Positions 1-12,009 of a stretch of 64,000 bases of DNA are shown here, piece after piece. A program made the translations under genes and the position numbers. The stretch is taken from contig NEEC01000012.1 of NCBI GenBank assembly GCA_002189035.1, forward strand, positions 2,356,001 through 2,420,000, given 5' to 3'. The notes under the pieces were generated by a model, which searched no databases, was not told the DNA's origin, and saw nothing but the letters and a program-made list of their open reading frames with translations. This DNA comes from Utricularia gibba. Lineage: Eukaryota > Plantae > Magnoliophyta. Position 1 is the stretch's first letter. Each line of letters opens with the position of its first letter.

Positions 1-708
1 TCCAAGAGTCGGGTTCCAATCTTTCTTTAATGCATTCACACAAATCTCACCATTGGTAGAGATGTTTGGATGGAAGATTTTAGTCAGGAAAAAACCTGAA
101 AATATATTTCTAAGCGAGTTAAAAATGGATGCAAGATTCCAAGTAGCTCACTCAGTACAGGGAGCCAAAATTGATTTTGCGGAATTCAAATTTAAACTAC
201 TGGTTTCTTTACCCTTCGGAGGTGATTGAGGAAAATCATGGGACAGAGTTAATTTCATTCGGAAGATGCCATTTTCATAGGGGGTCCCAGCTGCAGGAAC
301 TCAGACTCTATCAGTAAAAAAATTCAACCCGTTAGAAAGAAACGGTGACTAAGCTTGAAAAGAGACTACCTGGGCCTTCAATGTCGGCATAAATGATGGA
401 GAAGTTATCCTCATTTATGCGTACTTTGATGCCTTCAGGTGGGACTTCATTGAGATTCTTTAGTTCCTTTGCCAGTTGCTTAACAACATTAGGAGGAAGA
501 TTCTCATTCGCTGCCTACATGGGCAATTTCAAGACATTAGATTCTGATTATTTAAGGCTTTTTTTCTAACCTCTAGGAGATAAATATCCAAGCACCGTTT
601 CAACTGGTCCTAAAGTATCGGTCTTTGAATGACTATTGAATTATAATTGAACAATGCATATGCTAAAGAGAAAAGTGTCGATGCAGGATGAAACTATAGT
701 ATTACCAT
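1..708 (-). CDS. UBC22: Ubiquitin-conjugating enzyme E2, UBE2S/UBC22 type; 3' part lies beyond the window start
   Basis: Exons 706-708 (ATG only), 370-514, 213-290 and 1-95 with GT-AG joins read [22 protein letters not shown]...[58 protein letters not shown]. This includes the HPNI...ICVN active-site motif and the N-terminus typical of plant UBC22. Confidence 0.9.
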
Positions 709-2392
709 GGAGCAGGTTGTCAGAAACCACAAGATGATTTCTTGACTATCTGAACAGAGATGAATATTCCAAATGCCCAATGATATTAAAATTGAAGACT
801 ATGGGGTCACAAATCCACAAAACTGCAAGACAGTATAACAGGAATTATAAACAAGAAAACAGAAAGAAGTTTTCGAAGGAGGATATTATCATAAACTTCT
901 GGAAAGCAACTTTTAGAGAAATCTATGATAAGGAGATTTTATCAAAATAGGTCAACATATGAAAGCCAAAAACTGGGGTCACCACAATATCAATCGTTTA
1001 ACAAAAGTAACAGCTAATAAAAGGAGAATCTAAGCGCACATATTCCATCCTGGGAATGAATAAAAGAAGATCTTTCAAGTTCAGAGAACCCCTCAGCCAA
1101 AACAAACCAGCTAATGTCGAACTTTAAAAAAATATTTTTTTTTCCTAAAATGCGACGCGATCATGAAAATTAAAACCAATATGCGTCACAGCACACTCAG
1201 GATACAGAAGCTGGTAGCACAAAACTGCCCAGATTCTACAAAAACCTTGCAGGACGTTCCGAAGTGCCAACAACACAACGCAGAAACCAGAAGGAGAAAG
1301 AACAAATCCAGAAGAAACTCCAGAACGTCACCCAATACTGATCTGAAAACTTGCAAGACGGAGGCGGCTCCGGTACCTGCGCTCCCCAATTCGCCTCAAA
1401 ATGGAATTCAGATACACTTTACAGCATTCTATCCACCAAGACAGAGAATGTGGGGAGAGATACGATACGTCTTCAAATCGCATGTATTGACCGGGATAAA
1501 AGACGGACGGAGACCTAGACATTGATATGCCCACTCCGATCTTACCGTTACACCCACATCCGCATCCAGAACGCTGTCGGCAATTCAAAAATCAAATTCC
1601 ATACAAAAAAGGGAAAAAATCACAATTCTAAAAAATAAAGACCTTCTTATCCAAGAAAGTTCAACCGAAAATTGCTCATTAAATAAAAAAGCTGAAATGA
1701 GATTAATTTATATAAAAAATATTTTAAAGTATGTATTTCACCATAATAAATGATTAAATAAAAGATACCTAATTAAAATGTAATGATTCATTATTTTTTA
1801 TATGATATTATTTATTTTGAATATTCAATCTTCATAATTTCTCGATTTTCCAAAAAAAAGATATCGTGCAAAATAAGAGAATATATCTATATAAATTGTA
1901 TTTTTTTCTATCTGTAATTGATGTAAAATTTGCTCAATATACTCCCACCTTTCTTTGGGGATTCTTCTGACCCTTCTTGTAAACTCAAATTATTGGTTGA
2001 GGTTTGCCTTATCATTGGTTATATGTTTGGGTTTAGTTTTAATACCAAATATAACAACACATACTTTATTTATATGATATTATTCGTTTAGTACATTCAA
2101 TAATATATGATACTAAATATCAAATATATGATTAATATATATTGTTTAGCGTAAAATAATTAACAAAAACCATAGAGTTCGCAAGTCAAAGTGTATAGCC
2201 TTTAATTGAATTTGCATGTGTTTGCTCTCAATGACTCGATGAATAGTCACCAAAGATTACAGCAAGCAAGCCTTTGGGAATGGATACATTTGGACCAGAA
2301 CAACAGACGTGTTCCTCTGCTCTGCTAATGGTTACTCTTCCCCAACAAGAATCTGCCCAGAGCTGGAATGACTAGACAATGAAGATCAAAAC

Positions 2393-3926
2393 TCAGTAAA
2401 CCATCTGTGGCTCAAACTCTGCGAGGTCGACGGAGCCTGATTCAACGGGCTTCATCAGATACGCAGCCAGGATCTCAGAGAGTAGCGCAGCAACAAGAGG
2501 GATCTTCTTCAGGTTCTTGACAAAAGGAATGTCATCAGACTCCCCGAGTGCCTGCAGTTGCTGGTTGATGACTACCATCCTGTCCAGCTTCCTCTTGAAT
2601 TCTGGGTTCTCCACATCCAGCACGGCTGGAAAAATTCTTGCAGTTGTACGGTTGGTCTGTGAGGGAATCAATCCAGCAGTCGGTTTATGTTCATCTGGAA
2701 AAAGATACTTGATCACTGGACAGTTACCTCTATGATGACATGCATGTCGAATTCCTTTGTGTTAAGGCCAATGCCCTCATAGAATGCGGTTCTTTGGCAA
2801 TCATTGAGGTACATCGTTACATAAACCTGCATGGAGCCATTGTAGACAAGATGAGGAGCTAGTTCACCATGTGTAAGAAACATGAAGTAAACGTTTTTCT
2901 GGAATTTTAGTGGATACCGAAAGACAGAAGAAACGAGCCCAGAGCTTGGCCTTCCAGTCGTTCAGAAACTGGGGCTGTGCCTTCAACAATGCAGTGAAGA
3001 AATCACCATGCCGATTCTCATCTTGGCACCAGTTCTCGAAGTATTTAAAGATGGGATAGCACTGAAACTCAGGGTTCTGTTTCAGATGTCTGTATATGGT
3101 GATGTATCTCCAGTATCCTATCTTCTCAGACAGGTATGTTGCATAGAATATGAACTTTGGCTTGAAGAAGGTATACTTTCTTGCTTTTGTCAAGAACCCC
3201 AAGTCCAGAGCCAAGTTGAAGTCAGATAGTCCCTTGTTCAAGAAGCTGACGCATTACCAAAGCAAGAAAATATCAGTAACACAACACAAAACAACAGATG
3301 CATGCTCTCAGCTTGAAGCAACACTTACCCAGCATGACGAGCTTCATCTCGTGACATTAGAGAGAAAATTTCAGCGACCACGGGGTTCGTTTTCTATGCA
3401 AGGAACAATAGTGTAGATTCGGTAAACAAGCATGTATGGCTGTTTTGGAAGAGAAAGGCGAAATGGGCATGCATACCTTGAGCCTCCTTCCAAGCTCTTT
3501 GTAAAGAAGGAAACCAGAGAATTCAGCAGTGCAAGACCTTTCCAAGAACTCGACAAAAATAATTCTTAAAGGGCCATCGAGTTTGTCAGCAGCTTCCTTG
3601 AACTCCTTGTTCCTGACGAAATGGGTTTGATTGAAATCAGTCTTGAACTCCTGTAAACAAGCCTCGAAATCAGCGAGATCGAGGTTCTTGTTGATCTCCG
3701 TGCTGAAAAGCTTCTCCATTTCGTCGAAATCGGTGGTGTAGAAACGTGGGGTCAAAAGGGTTTCCTTTATTTCTTGCTTCTGATTCTTCTTCTTGCCGGC
3801 GACTGCAGGTGCTGGGGGAGGCGGAGTGGCAGCCGCTGACATTCGAACGGTGAACGCTCTGGATGCTGCGGCTCTGGGAGCGCCGAAGTTCATGATTGGC
3901 TTCACCAATGCCATTTCTGCCGCCAT
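2393..3926 (-). CDS. CHL27: Mg-protoporphyrin IX monomethyl ester oxidative cyclase, chloroplast
   Basis: Five exons (3477-3926, 3329-3392, 2918-3245, 2728-2826, 2393-2656), all GT-AG and in frame. Transit peptide, then [36 protein letters not shown] and DENRHGD di-iron motifs, ending AEFEPQMVY. Confidence 0.97.
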
Positions 3927-4076
3927 CTTCCACAGTACACAATCTATCCTTCTTCCCTTGAGCAACAAAATGTTTCGCGACCAGAACAATGGAGTCCGAT
4001 GGTGAGTATGTCTAAAAACGAGCGCCGGTAATATGTAAGAACGAAATCTAATCTCATCCACAAGGGAAATTCGTAT

Positions 4077-4086
4077 GACACGTGGC
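4077..4086. promoter_or_regulatory. G-box (GACACGTGGC) about 150 bp upstream of the CHL27 start codon
   Basis: CACGTG core at 4079-4084 with the GA/GC flanks typical of bZIP/bHLH light-response elements. Function inferred from position only. Confidence 0.5.
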
Positions 4087-4726
4087 CTATTTTGATGGGC
4101 CAGCTCGATTCCTCCCTGGTCGTCTTCGCCGGTGGTTTCAATTGAGTTCCGGTGGACTGAAACGCATCACACTTGCATTACCACCTATCAGTATTTTATT
4201 TACATAATCTGTAAATTTTTCAGTATTATAAAAATGGTTTTAATCCCATTTTTCGGTTTAATTATAGGCAGAAGTTGAATATAGAATGTGTTTGTACACT
4301 CGGTAGACACTAGGAGAGAATGACATTTACTAAACTGGTCATTCTCCTTTTTTCTCTCCCACAAAAATTTTAATTGAGGGTGACCAATTTTTTCACATAC
4401 ATAAAAGTAACCAGATTTCTAATACGCTGGAGAGAATGTGTGATATATTGTGACAGTTTTATTTTTCAAGAACAGCTTCAGCTCTGATCTCAGACTTGCG
4501 AATGGAGTTCCAAAAACTGCTGTCTAGAGTACATCCCATCTGGGAAACTCATTTGTTGGCAAGAATGGCATCAACACCCTCTCTTCTTTTGTGACGAATC
4601 CTAGAGAGTTCAGTGGTGATGTGCAGGGAAGATGTAACAATGATTGAATAAAGATCGACTGCACAGGAAATCGAGCTGCAACAAAACAGATGATGCAATC
4701 TGAGGGAAGGGATGCACTCACTGCAG

Positions 4727-7700
4727 TTACGGAGCAGCCTTGGGGTGGAAGATGAGTGGGTATGTGCAGCAGAATCCACTGCTCCAACACTGCAGAATAT
4801 TTTTGTGAATAAAAGTTTCACTAATTCCCATGTTTAAGACAAAAGGAATTTTCAAGTCATGCACATTGTGGATACTATACGGAGCATGTGTCTCGGGCAG
4901 TGGTGCCTATGAAGAGAAATCATGCACATAGTTTACTGGTCTATAGCATATTCACTGGGACATGTTCCTCTATGTATTTTTATGAACAGGGTACTTACCA
5001 CAGACAGCAGGGGTCCTTGCTTGTATTTGCTGTGGTATGAAAAAGCTAGAGGCTTTGGAGAATCTCCGGGACCTCTGATGAATCCACTGAGTTTCAAGAA
5101 AGAAACCAGGAACAACAAAAGGTGACAAATTATTACATTAACGTTAAATGAGCTTAAGAACAGAAAGAGTGGCACCGACATCAATGTTGCTGAGACTAAA
5201 GGAGCTCTTTTTACATCATATATCGCAACCAGACCTCTGTACAACTCATCACCATCTCTATATGATACTGCAAGACGCTCTCCTGAAGCATCCAAAGCTA
5301 TCTTCTCAATTTTGTGGCTGCAGGAAGGCAAAGAATCTAACCTAAATATCCCTTAAAAAGTGCTGTGCAGCACAGTACAGGATGTTCATAATTGTAGATG
5401 ATACATAAAAAATCAAGGTAATAATAAATGTACGCGAGGAATATTCCAGGGTACAATTAATACAAGATAAAGACATAAAAAGAAAGCTACAAAGAAATTG
5501 AACATGTCATGCCCTCAGCAGGAAGAGAGAATGGAAAATCTCAGTCAGATGAAATCAGGATTGCGTACCTGCCAGTCAAGGATTTGATCTCTGGCAATTC
5601 AACCGGAATCAGATGTGCATCTGAAACGGAAACAATTGGCTCCGTGTCAAAATGATGTATTTTTCTTATTGAACGGCATGGAGATCATGCAAAGGAGGTG
5701 ATAAGGCTAATTCTCAACTATAGCAAATGACTAGTTGATATTTAGTACACACTTCTTTGTTTGAGGTCATTATTTTCCGATTTAGAAGATATTATATATC
5801 AGAACTAAGAATAAACAGACACCAGAAAACTTGAGATTAACCTAGTGATGGTGGTCTGGATGAAAAGTGGATTGAACCTAATGTATAGGACTCTGAGAAG
5901 GAAAGGAGTAGCATACGCCCATCAGGATCCCATGTTGCTCCCTGGCATCAATTATAAGAACCATATGTAAATAAAACAAGTTTATTGAAAGCCACAACAG
6001 GTGAAATCCCACTGTCCATTTAAATATGTTCGCTGAAAAATAGACATGCCAGCGAAGTTAAGAGAAATTACAGAAGCTGATGGGCATAGAGTTTATAAGC
6101 AGCATATCAACTTTTTATACTGATTGTTTTATTATACCATTCACCACAAAATAAAATTTTTTGTTCTCTTCAGAGGACCTTATTCTAATTCCAAGTCCTC
6201 AGAGTCTTTTCCCCTTTGTGACACATATTCATGGCTTGCATATAGAAACTCTGTGTGAGGCGAAAAAATTCTGAGGACTCTAAAGTAGAATAAGGGGCTC
6301 TGAAGAGTGAACATAAAAAGTATTTTATGGTGAATCATATAATGAAAACAATCAGCATGCAAAGGAAAACAATCTAGACTTCTAAACATATTGGACGATC
6401 ATGAACCATCATAAATTACCTATAACTTCAGATCTTACTTTTCATAACGGCATAATAAAAAAATCAGGGAATAATGAGTGACAAACCGTAATAATTCCAT
6501 TTTTTGAAGACCATGGCACTGATGTCCACGTGCTTGTTTCCCAGAGGTAAAACGTTCCATCACTGCACAAAAAAAGATCATCTGAGTTTTTCTTAGTATG
6601 CGATCTCCGCTCAACACAGTGACAACATGATTGTACGAAAAGTTCAATTGAAGTACAATTTGGCAGCAAGAAAGTAATCGCCTGATGGAGACCATTTCAG
6701 CAAAGATACACCCCAAAACCTCGCCGAATAGGTGTGCCAATGCCTGTGAAAATATCAATGATAAGAAAAAGATGTAGGAAAAGAGAATAAAATTTAGGAT
6801 GCAATAACTGATCAATTACCTCGTGAAACATCCCAGATAGTGAAAGAAGAGTTTGCCGATGAAGCTGAAGCTAAATACGTAGAACCAAGTCAAGGAAACT
6901 TTCACAAAGAACTGCTTGTTTTCATCATCAATCAATGACTTGGTATTAAGAATGATAGCATTGCAAGGATGATAATACGTATGTGGTTTGAGAAGCTTAC
7001 AGTATGCTCCACTATTGATGCATAACTAATCTGAAAACTAAAAATGAGGAGGGAAATAAATGATATCACAAATCCAAACGCTAATAGTTTCAGTACAGAT
7101 TTGAAATAGTTTAAACGAGGCTAGCAATGAATAATTAAGAGGAAACATAGTATTTAGTTAAGTGAACTGTAGGATAGTCCCTTTCACAAAATTTATCTTC
7201 AAAAGGTTCAAAATGTATAAAATAAATGAGGTTGGTGAGGATATCTTCCATCTGGGCTCCATGAAAGTGCAGTTACTTGCTCATCTGAAGTTCGAAGAAA
7301 ATCTACCAAGGTCCAACTAGTTTCACAAAGCCGTGGAAATACACTGAAGCTTCGCCCAGATCGAACTGATGCTGCATTTCCACAACAGGAAGCAGCCCAT
7401 ATGCAAATTCCACCCCTATCAAAAAGTGTCAAAACGTTGTATCTGAATATAGAATTTGCAGGACACTTGAAGCGCCAAAAACTTGATATGAAGCAATGCA
7501 CAAGGGGTATCCATAACAGAAACTAACTTGCATGCAATAGCAAGTGTCCTTCCTCCATTTGGTCTCCATTCAAGACATCTCACATCTTTCTGGGCATCAT
7601 TTGACAGAATACAAAGAGACTTGCCATCTTAAACAGACATGAAGGGATAAACAACGCAGAGTAAATAATGATGCCTGCACAACAAAGAGAGAGGGAGCGG

Positions 7701-8514
7701 TGGTAAGAATTGGTGTCAACTGAGTCTTCATTGTAGTCACGAATTATCACGCGATTCGGCCCAGAGGTAAATGCCACAATTTGTTTGTGCTTGTGCCAAC
7801 TTACACAATGAAGATTATTGTTCTTCAATAAATTTACCTGAAAAATGCATATCCAAAAGGTCTGATGCTCTCTTGGCTCTAAAGTCGCTTCAATGAATGT
7901 AACTTGGTATGTTCATCACATGAGATACATTTCAAAATCCTCAAAATGTAACCCAAAAGCAAGAAACCACTTTAAATAAAAAAAGGTCTTGCAGAAAGAG
8001 CAAACAAAAAAAAAAAAAACTGGAAGAAATCATTTCAAACATTCATTACATCAGCATGCTGGAAAAGCAGCTTCAAAGAGCGCCACCACACAGATTGATA
8101 GGCTACCAATAAAATGCCTGAAACCCCTTTCCTTTGTAAACCAGCATCCTGTTCCGCTGGTGCATCCGGTGGATTATGTACTTCAAAAGGTACGGGTGTA
8201 AATAATGTTCCCTGTAATAATTTCTTCTTTCAACAAAACTACGGCAACCCATTAACCAGAAAAAATCAAAACTTTCGGATCAGAGAATTACGAGAATTTT
8301 TCCATAGATGTTTCTTGCTTGATCATCACTAAAGCTGTCTGCAGTAACTGAGATGATCACAGAAGGTTTTATACATAAGATTCAAGCGGTGGCAGGTTCG
8401 TGATATCGGAAGCTTGGGCTGCAGTCTAGATATATCATTGAAGTGAAACGAGATACCAAATTCCCTGTTGATTTCGCAGATATTAACGGTGCCTGGCTGC
8501 GGGAATGAAGGCAT
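4727..8514 (-). CDS. ALADIN: ALADIN (AAAS) WD40 nucleoporin; multi-exon, with one apparent 1-nt frameshift and one anomalous donor in this sequence
   Basis: Spliced exons read MPSFPQPGTVNICEINREF...CLEWRPNGGRTLAIACKGGICIWAAS...TALSWSPDGRYLASAS...WDVSRGIGTPIRRG...DGTFYLWET...DASGERLAVSY...GFIRGPG...CWSSGFCCTYPLIFHPKAAP*, matching recalled plant ALADIN throughout. Confidence 0.92.
6879..7244 (-). other. U12-type AT-AC intron in ALADIN
   Basis: Donor ATATCCTC at 7244, branch TTCCTTGAC at 6897-6889, terminal AC at 6880-6879. Removal restores SPDGR/YLASAS in frame. Confidence 0.9.
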
Positions 8515-10745
8515 TTCGCCGCCGCGGGTCACCTGAGCAGTTCAGCGTGCTGATAAAACGGAGAACCGGTGTGGAGATGAAATGGGTGACTGGCGGGATG
8601 TTTAGACACGCTCAAAATAAAAAATTGGAAAGTGTTTTTTATGGAGTGTTACTAAAAATGTTTAGCTTTTCTAAAAAAGTAAAAAATAAAGTAAAATTTA
8701 TTTATAAAAATAGAAAAAGTAAAAATAATTATAAAAAGTAAGAAATAATATGCTTTTTCCTTTTATACAAAATTAAATTCAAAAATATTTTGGTATAATA
8801 AAAAGATATTGCGATTTTTTTAAAAGACTGCTTTAATGGACAAAGAATTAAAGCGAATGTTTTATACCTTTAATCTTCCAAATCATTATACAAAGATTCA
8901 AATTTGTCTGTGATGAATCATATTCTTCAGATGGAAAAAACTAAAGTCATGTTTTCATATAGCGTAATAAATTACTTAATTATAAATCTGATAAAATTTG
9001 ATATTTAATACTATATAAAAGAGAATTTTATTATTTAATATATGATTTATTATTTTCCCCATCAAATAGTTTTACTTTAGCTAATATTATATATATAATG
9101 TGTGATGTGTAATAATTTTACATAAATTCAGGAGGGACGGGGGGAGGGGGGCTGAACGGTCAAGTTTTTCAGGGGTAAAATTGTATTTTAATAACAATGA
9201 ATAAATATAATCTCAAAAATTCAAATTATGAATAAAAAATGGAATAAATCGTTTGGACGTGAGATTTAAATATACTTGAAAATGTTTTATTAAGAATAAG
9301 TAGATGGGGATATAAATATATCAATTTTTATATCAGTATTGATGAATTAATAATAGGATAATAAATGTTTTTATCTATATTAAAATAATTATATATTAAT
9401 TATAATTATAATTAATGTTTATCATTTAATAATTAATTTGAATTAAATTATTCTTAAATAAATTGAATAATATTTTTTTAATTATATTTATAATAAATAA
9501 GAATTCTTCCATATATTAAAGTTTTTTTAAAGACTCATCAACTCGGCCCACTGTCCGGGGCCCGATTCACCTTCCCATGTGCCACACAAAGGCAACCATT
9601 GTTCCAGATCGCACCAAGAAGTAACTACGCTATCGTTAGTGTCACAATCTATTCTAATCTTGTACGATATTGTTCGTTATAGACATCTAATTCTTATGAT
9701 TTTATATTTTTAACTTTTAATAAAAAAATTTCATACAAAATTAAGATAATTCAGCACATTCTCTCTTCTGTTTATACTAATGTGAAATAGCATAATCATA
9801 ACAAGTCTCTTGACCTTACAATTGTTGTGTATGAAAAATAATTATCTTGTGTAAAATTTTAATCTCAATGTGTGAAATATAATATCAGAATGGTTAATTT
9901 TAAAAGATAATCTTCCTACAAGTGGCCTCCCGTAGCTGTTGTGTCGGCTTGCTGCCCATTTGTAACTTCGTTTCAAATGCAGGTGATGAAGTTGCTGCAT
10001 TCATTGGTTCAAGAGCAGCAGCCTCTGCCAGTGTGGAATTTCCTGGGAATTCGTGCAGTTGTTTCGTTAAATCATTCACAGGTCCGGCACTAGAACGCCT
10101 CTTTCTCTCAAAAAAGTCTCACCGCACCAAAAAGGTTGGTTTTTTCATGGCGATGTTGTGAAAAACTGGCATCTTCACATGTACATGAGTGGTCTGTGGT
10201 AGAACAGATGCAACCCGTACAGAAAATAAAAGGCTGAATACAAAAAGACAAGGACTAGCGAACAAGAAAGAAAGGGAAAGTGTATCTGCGGTCAATGAGT
10301 GCTGAGAGAGTACCACAAGTTACACCATGTGAAACTGAGGGGGAGGCACAAACTTCTTCGTCAACACAGCTAACTTCAACTGGGGCAAGCAAGCTCCTCA
10401 TCATCATCATCATTACATGTTTCTCCTTGAGTTTCATCCATTCATAAAGGAAAAAGAAGACCCAACTCACATCATGTCCAGCTTTTCTTCAAAAAAAGAG
10501 ACCAAAGTCTTCTTTGGGAGGATGTGCTTTGATTGAATAGATATTGATGTCTGGTAATAAGCTCTGGGGTTTGAATCTCCAGTTGAATGGGATGGAAATT
10601 GAGGGAGGTCCAAGGACAGTGAATACCTGGAATTAGACCGAAATGACATGAACTGAAGCGCTATCATCCAAAGCCAAAGACAGGATACTGTGTTCGTCAA
10701 TGGCGATGGAAGGGGGAACAGGTTTTATTGTTCTTGTTCTTCATC

Positions 10746-11645
10746 TTATGAATCATCATCACCAGTGGGGAAGAGAGTAAGAACCTTTCTCCGATTAGTG
10801 GGTTCTAAATCTTCAATGTACGGCGGCGGCCGAGCAGGGCCGTTTCCATTTCCATGGTGCTGCTGCACGAGTGCTGTAGTACCAGTAGAAGATATTCTCG
10901 GGACATGTGCTGGGGACTGAGAGTGCCTCAAAAAGGGGTGCTCGAATTGCCCATTCGGGGGCGACCCATTTCCAAATGGTCGAAACTGGTTCGGCGACGG
11001 CGGCACAACTCTCATCTGGTGGTGGAGGTGATGCGGCGTGGCCACCGGCACAAACGGCATGAAATGGTCGGAATTGCCACCGTTAGGATGAAGGAAATGC
11101 GGCGGCACCGGCGAGCTAGCGAATAAATGATCAGTTGCAGGATCCATCCCCGTCGCAGGGGCACCACCGCTGCTCGAAATCCCCTGCATCCGTTTCAAAT
11201 AAAGCCTGTACTTCTGCAAATGGCTCGCAACATTTTCTCTAGTCAAACCATCAACGCTCATCAGCTGCATAATCGTCTTTGGAACCGCGTTCTTGATCCC
11301 CAAATGCGCCACCGCGTCAACGAATCTCTTATGCAGCTGCGGAGTCCAGACGAGGCGCGGTCGCTTCAAGGTCCTAGCCAATTCATCTGACCCAGAACCA
11401 CCACTGGGACCCGGAGCGACGGCACTGACCTCCGGCGAGTCGAATTCAGCGGAGGAATTGTGTTGTGAGGGAGAGACAAGCGGCGGCCGAGGCGGTGTCT
11501 GCGTTTTGTGGGGGCTCGGAATGTTGAAAGCTAATGCAAGATCAGGAGTTATTAGGGATTGGGAAATGGGTATAAGGTCCTCAGGAGAAGGCAACTCATC
11601 TTCCCATTTAGACAGCCAATCGGAAATGGAATCCTCCTCCTTCAT
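10746..11645 (-). CDS. LUX: LUX ARRHYTHMO/PCL1, GARP-MYB evening-complex transcription factor (single coding exon, 299 aa)
   Basis: N-terminal [29 protein letters not shown] domain [67 protein letters not shown]-terminal [12 protein letters not shown]. Confidence 0.95.
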   Translation of the reverse strand: MKEEDSISDWLSKWEDELPSPEDLIPISQSLITPDLALAFNIPSPHKTQTPPRPPLVSPSQHNSSAEFDSPEVSAVAPGPSGGSGSDELARTLKRPRLVWTPQLHKRFVDAVAHLGIKNAVPKTIMQLMSVDGLTRENVASHLQKYRLYLKRMQGISSSGGAPATGMDPATDHLFASSPVPPHFLHPNGGNSDHFMPFVPVATPHHLHHQMRVVPPSPNQFRPFGNGSPPNGQFEHPFLRHSQSPAHVPRISSTGTTALVQQHHGNGNGPARPPPYIEDLEPTNRRKVLTLFPTGDDDS

Positions 11646-12003
11646 GATCCTATTTCCCCTGGTTCACTCCCACCAGACGAATGAATGAATATACTGCAAT
11701 AGATCAAGATTGCTCAGACAAAAAAAGAACCCAGAAAATCAGAATCCACCCCCCACACCAGATTTTCACCATTAACCAGTACAGAAAAAGCCGAGCCCAA
11801 AAAGAATCTATGACGAAATTCAGCGTGTGGGCACCCCCCACCCACACTCACTCAAATCAAGGAAACTGGTAAAAAAACTACTACACAGAGGTGTAAGGAA
11901 GACGAAGAAGACGATGGGGATGATCGAGGTTGATCCCATATTCTCCTTTTCCGCTGCAGCTTCATACAGATGCTGTGTTTTTCCCCTTGTTTCATTCCGA
12001 TTT

Positions 12004-12009
12004 GATTCG
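12004..12009 (+). promoter_or_regulatory. Candidate LUX-binding site GATTCG (GATWCG) upstream of LUX
   Basis: Exact GATWCG about 360 bp upstream of the LUX ATG. LUX autorepression through this motif is known in Arabidopsis, but a single 6-mer can occur by chance. Confidence 0.35.

Noticed and set aside
1163-1525. 120-aa + strand ORF and overlapping - strand ORFs
   Set aside because: They lie over the UBC22 leader/intron, have no family resemblance, and are best read as antisense or intron shadows.
9131-9151. G-rich island GGAGGGACGGGGGGAGGGGGG in AT-rich DNA
   Set aside because: Only three separated G3+ tracts, about 600 bp from ALADIN. It may be a TE end, but nothing supports a call.
10690-11688. 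Several + strand ORFs over LUX
   Set aside because: Antisense shadows of a GC-rich coding exon.
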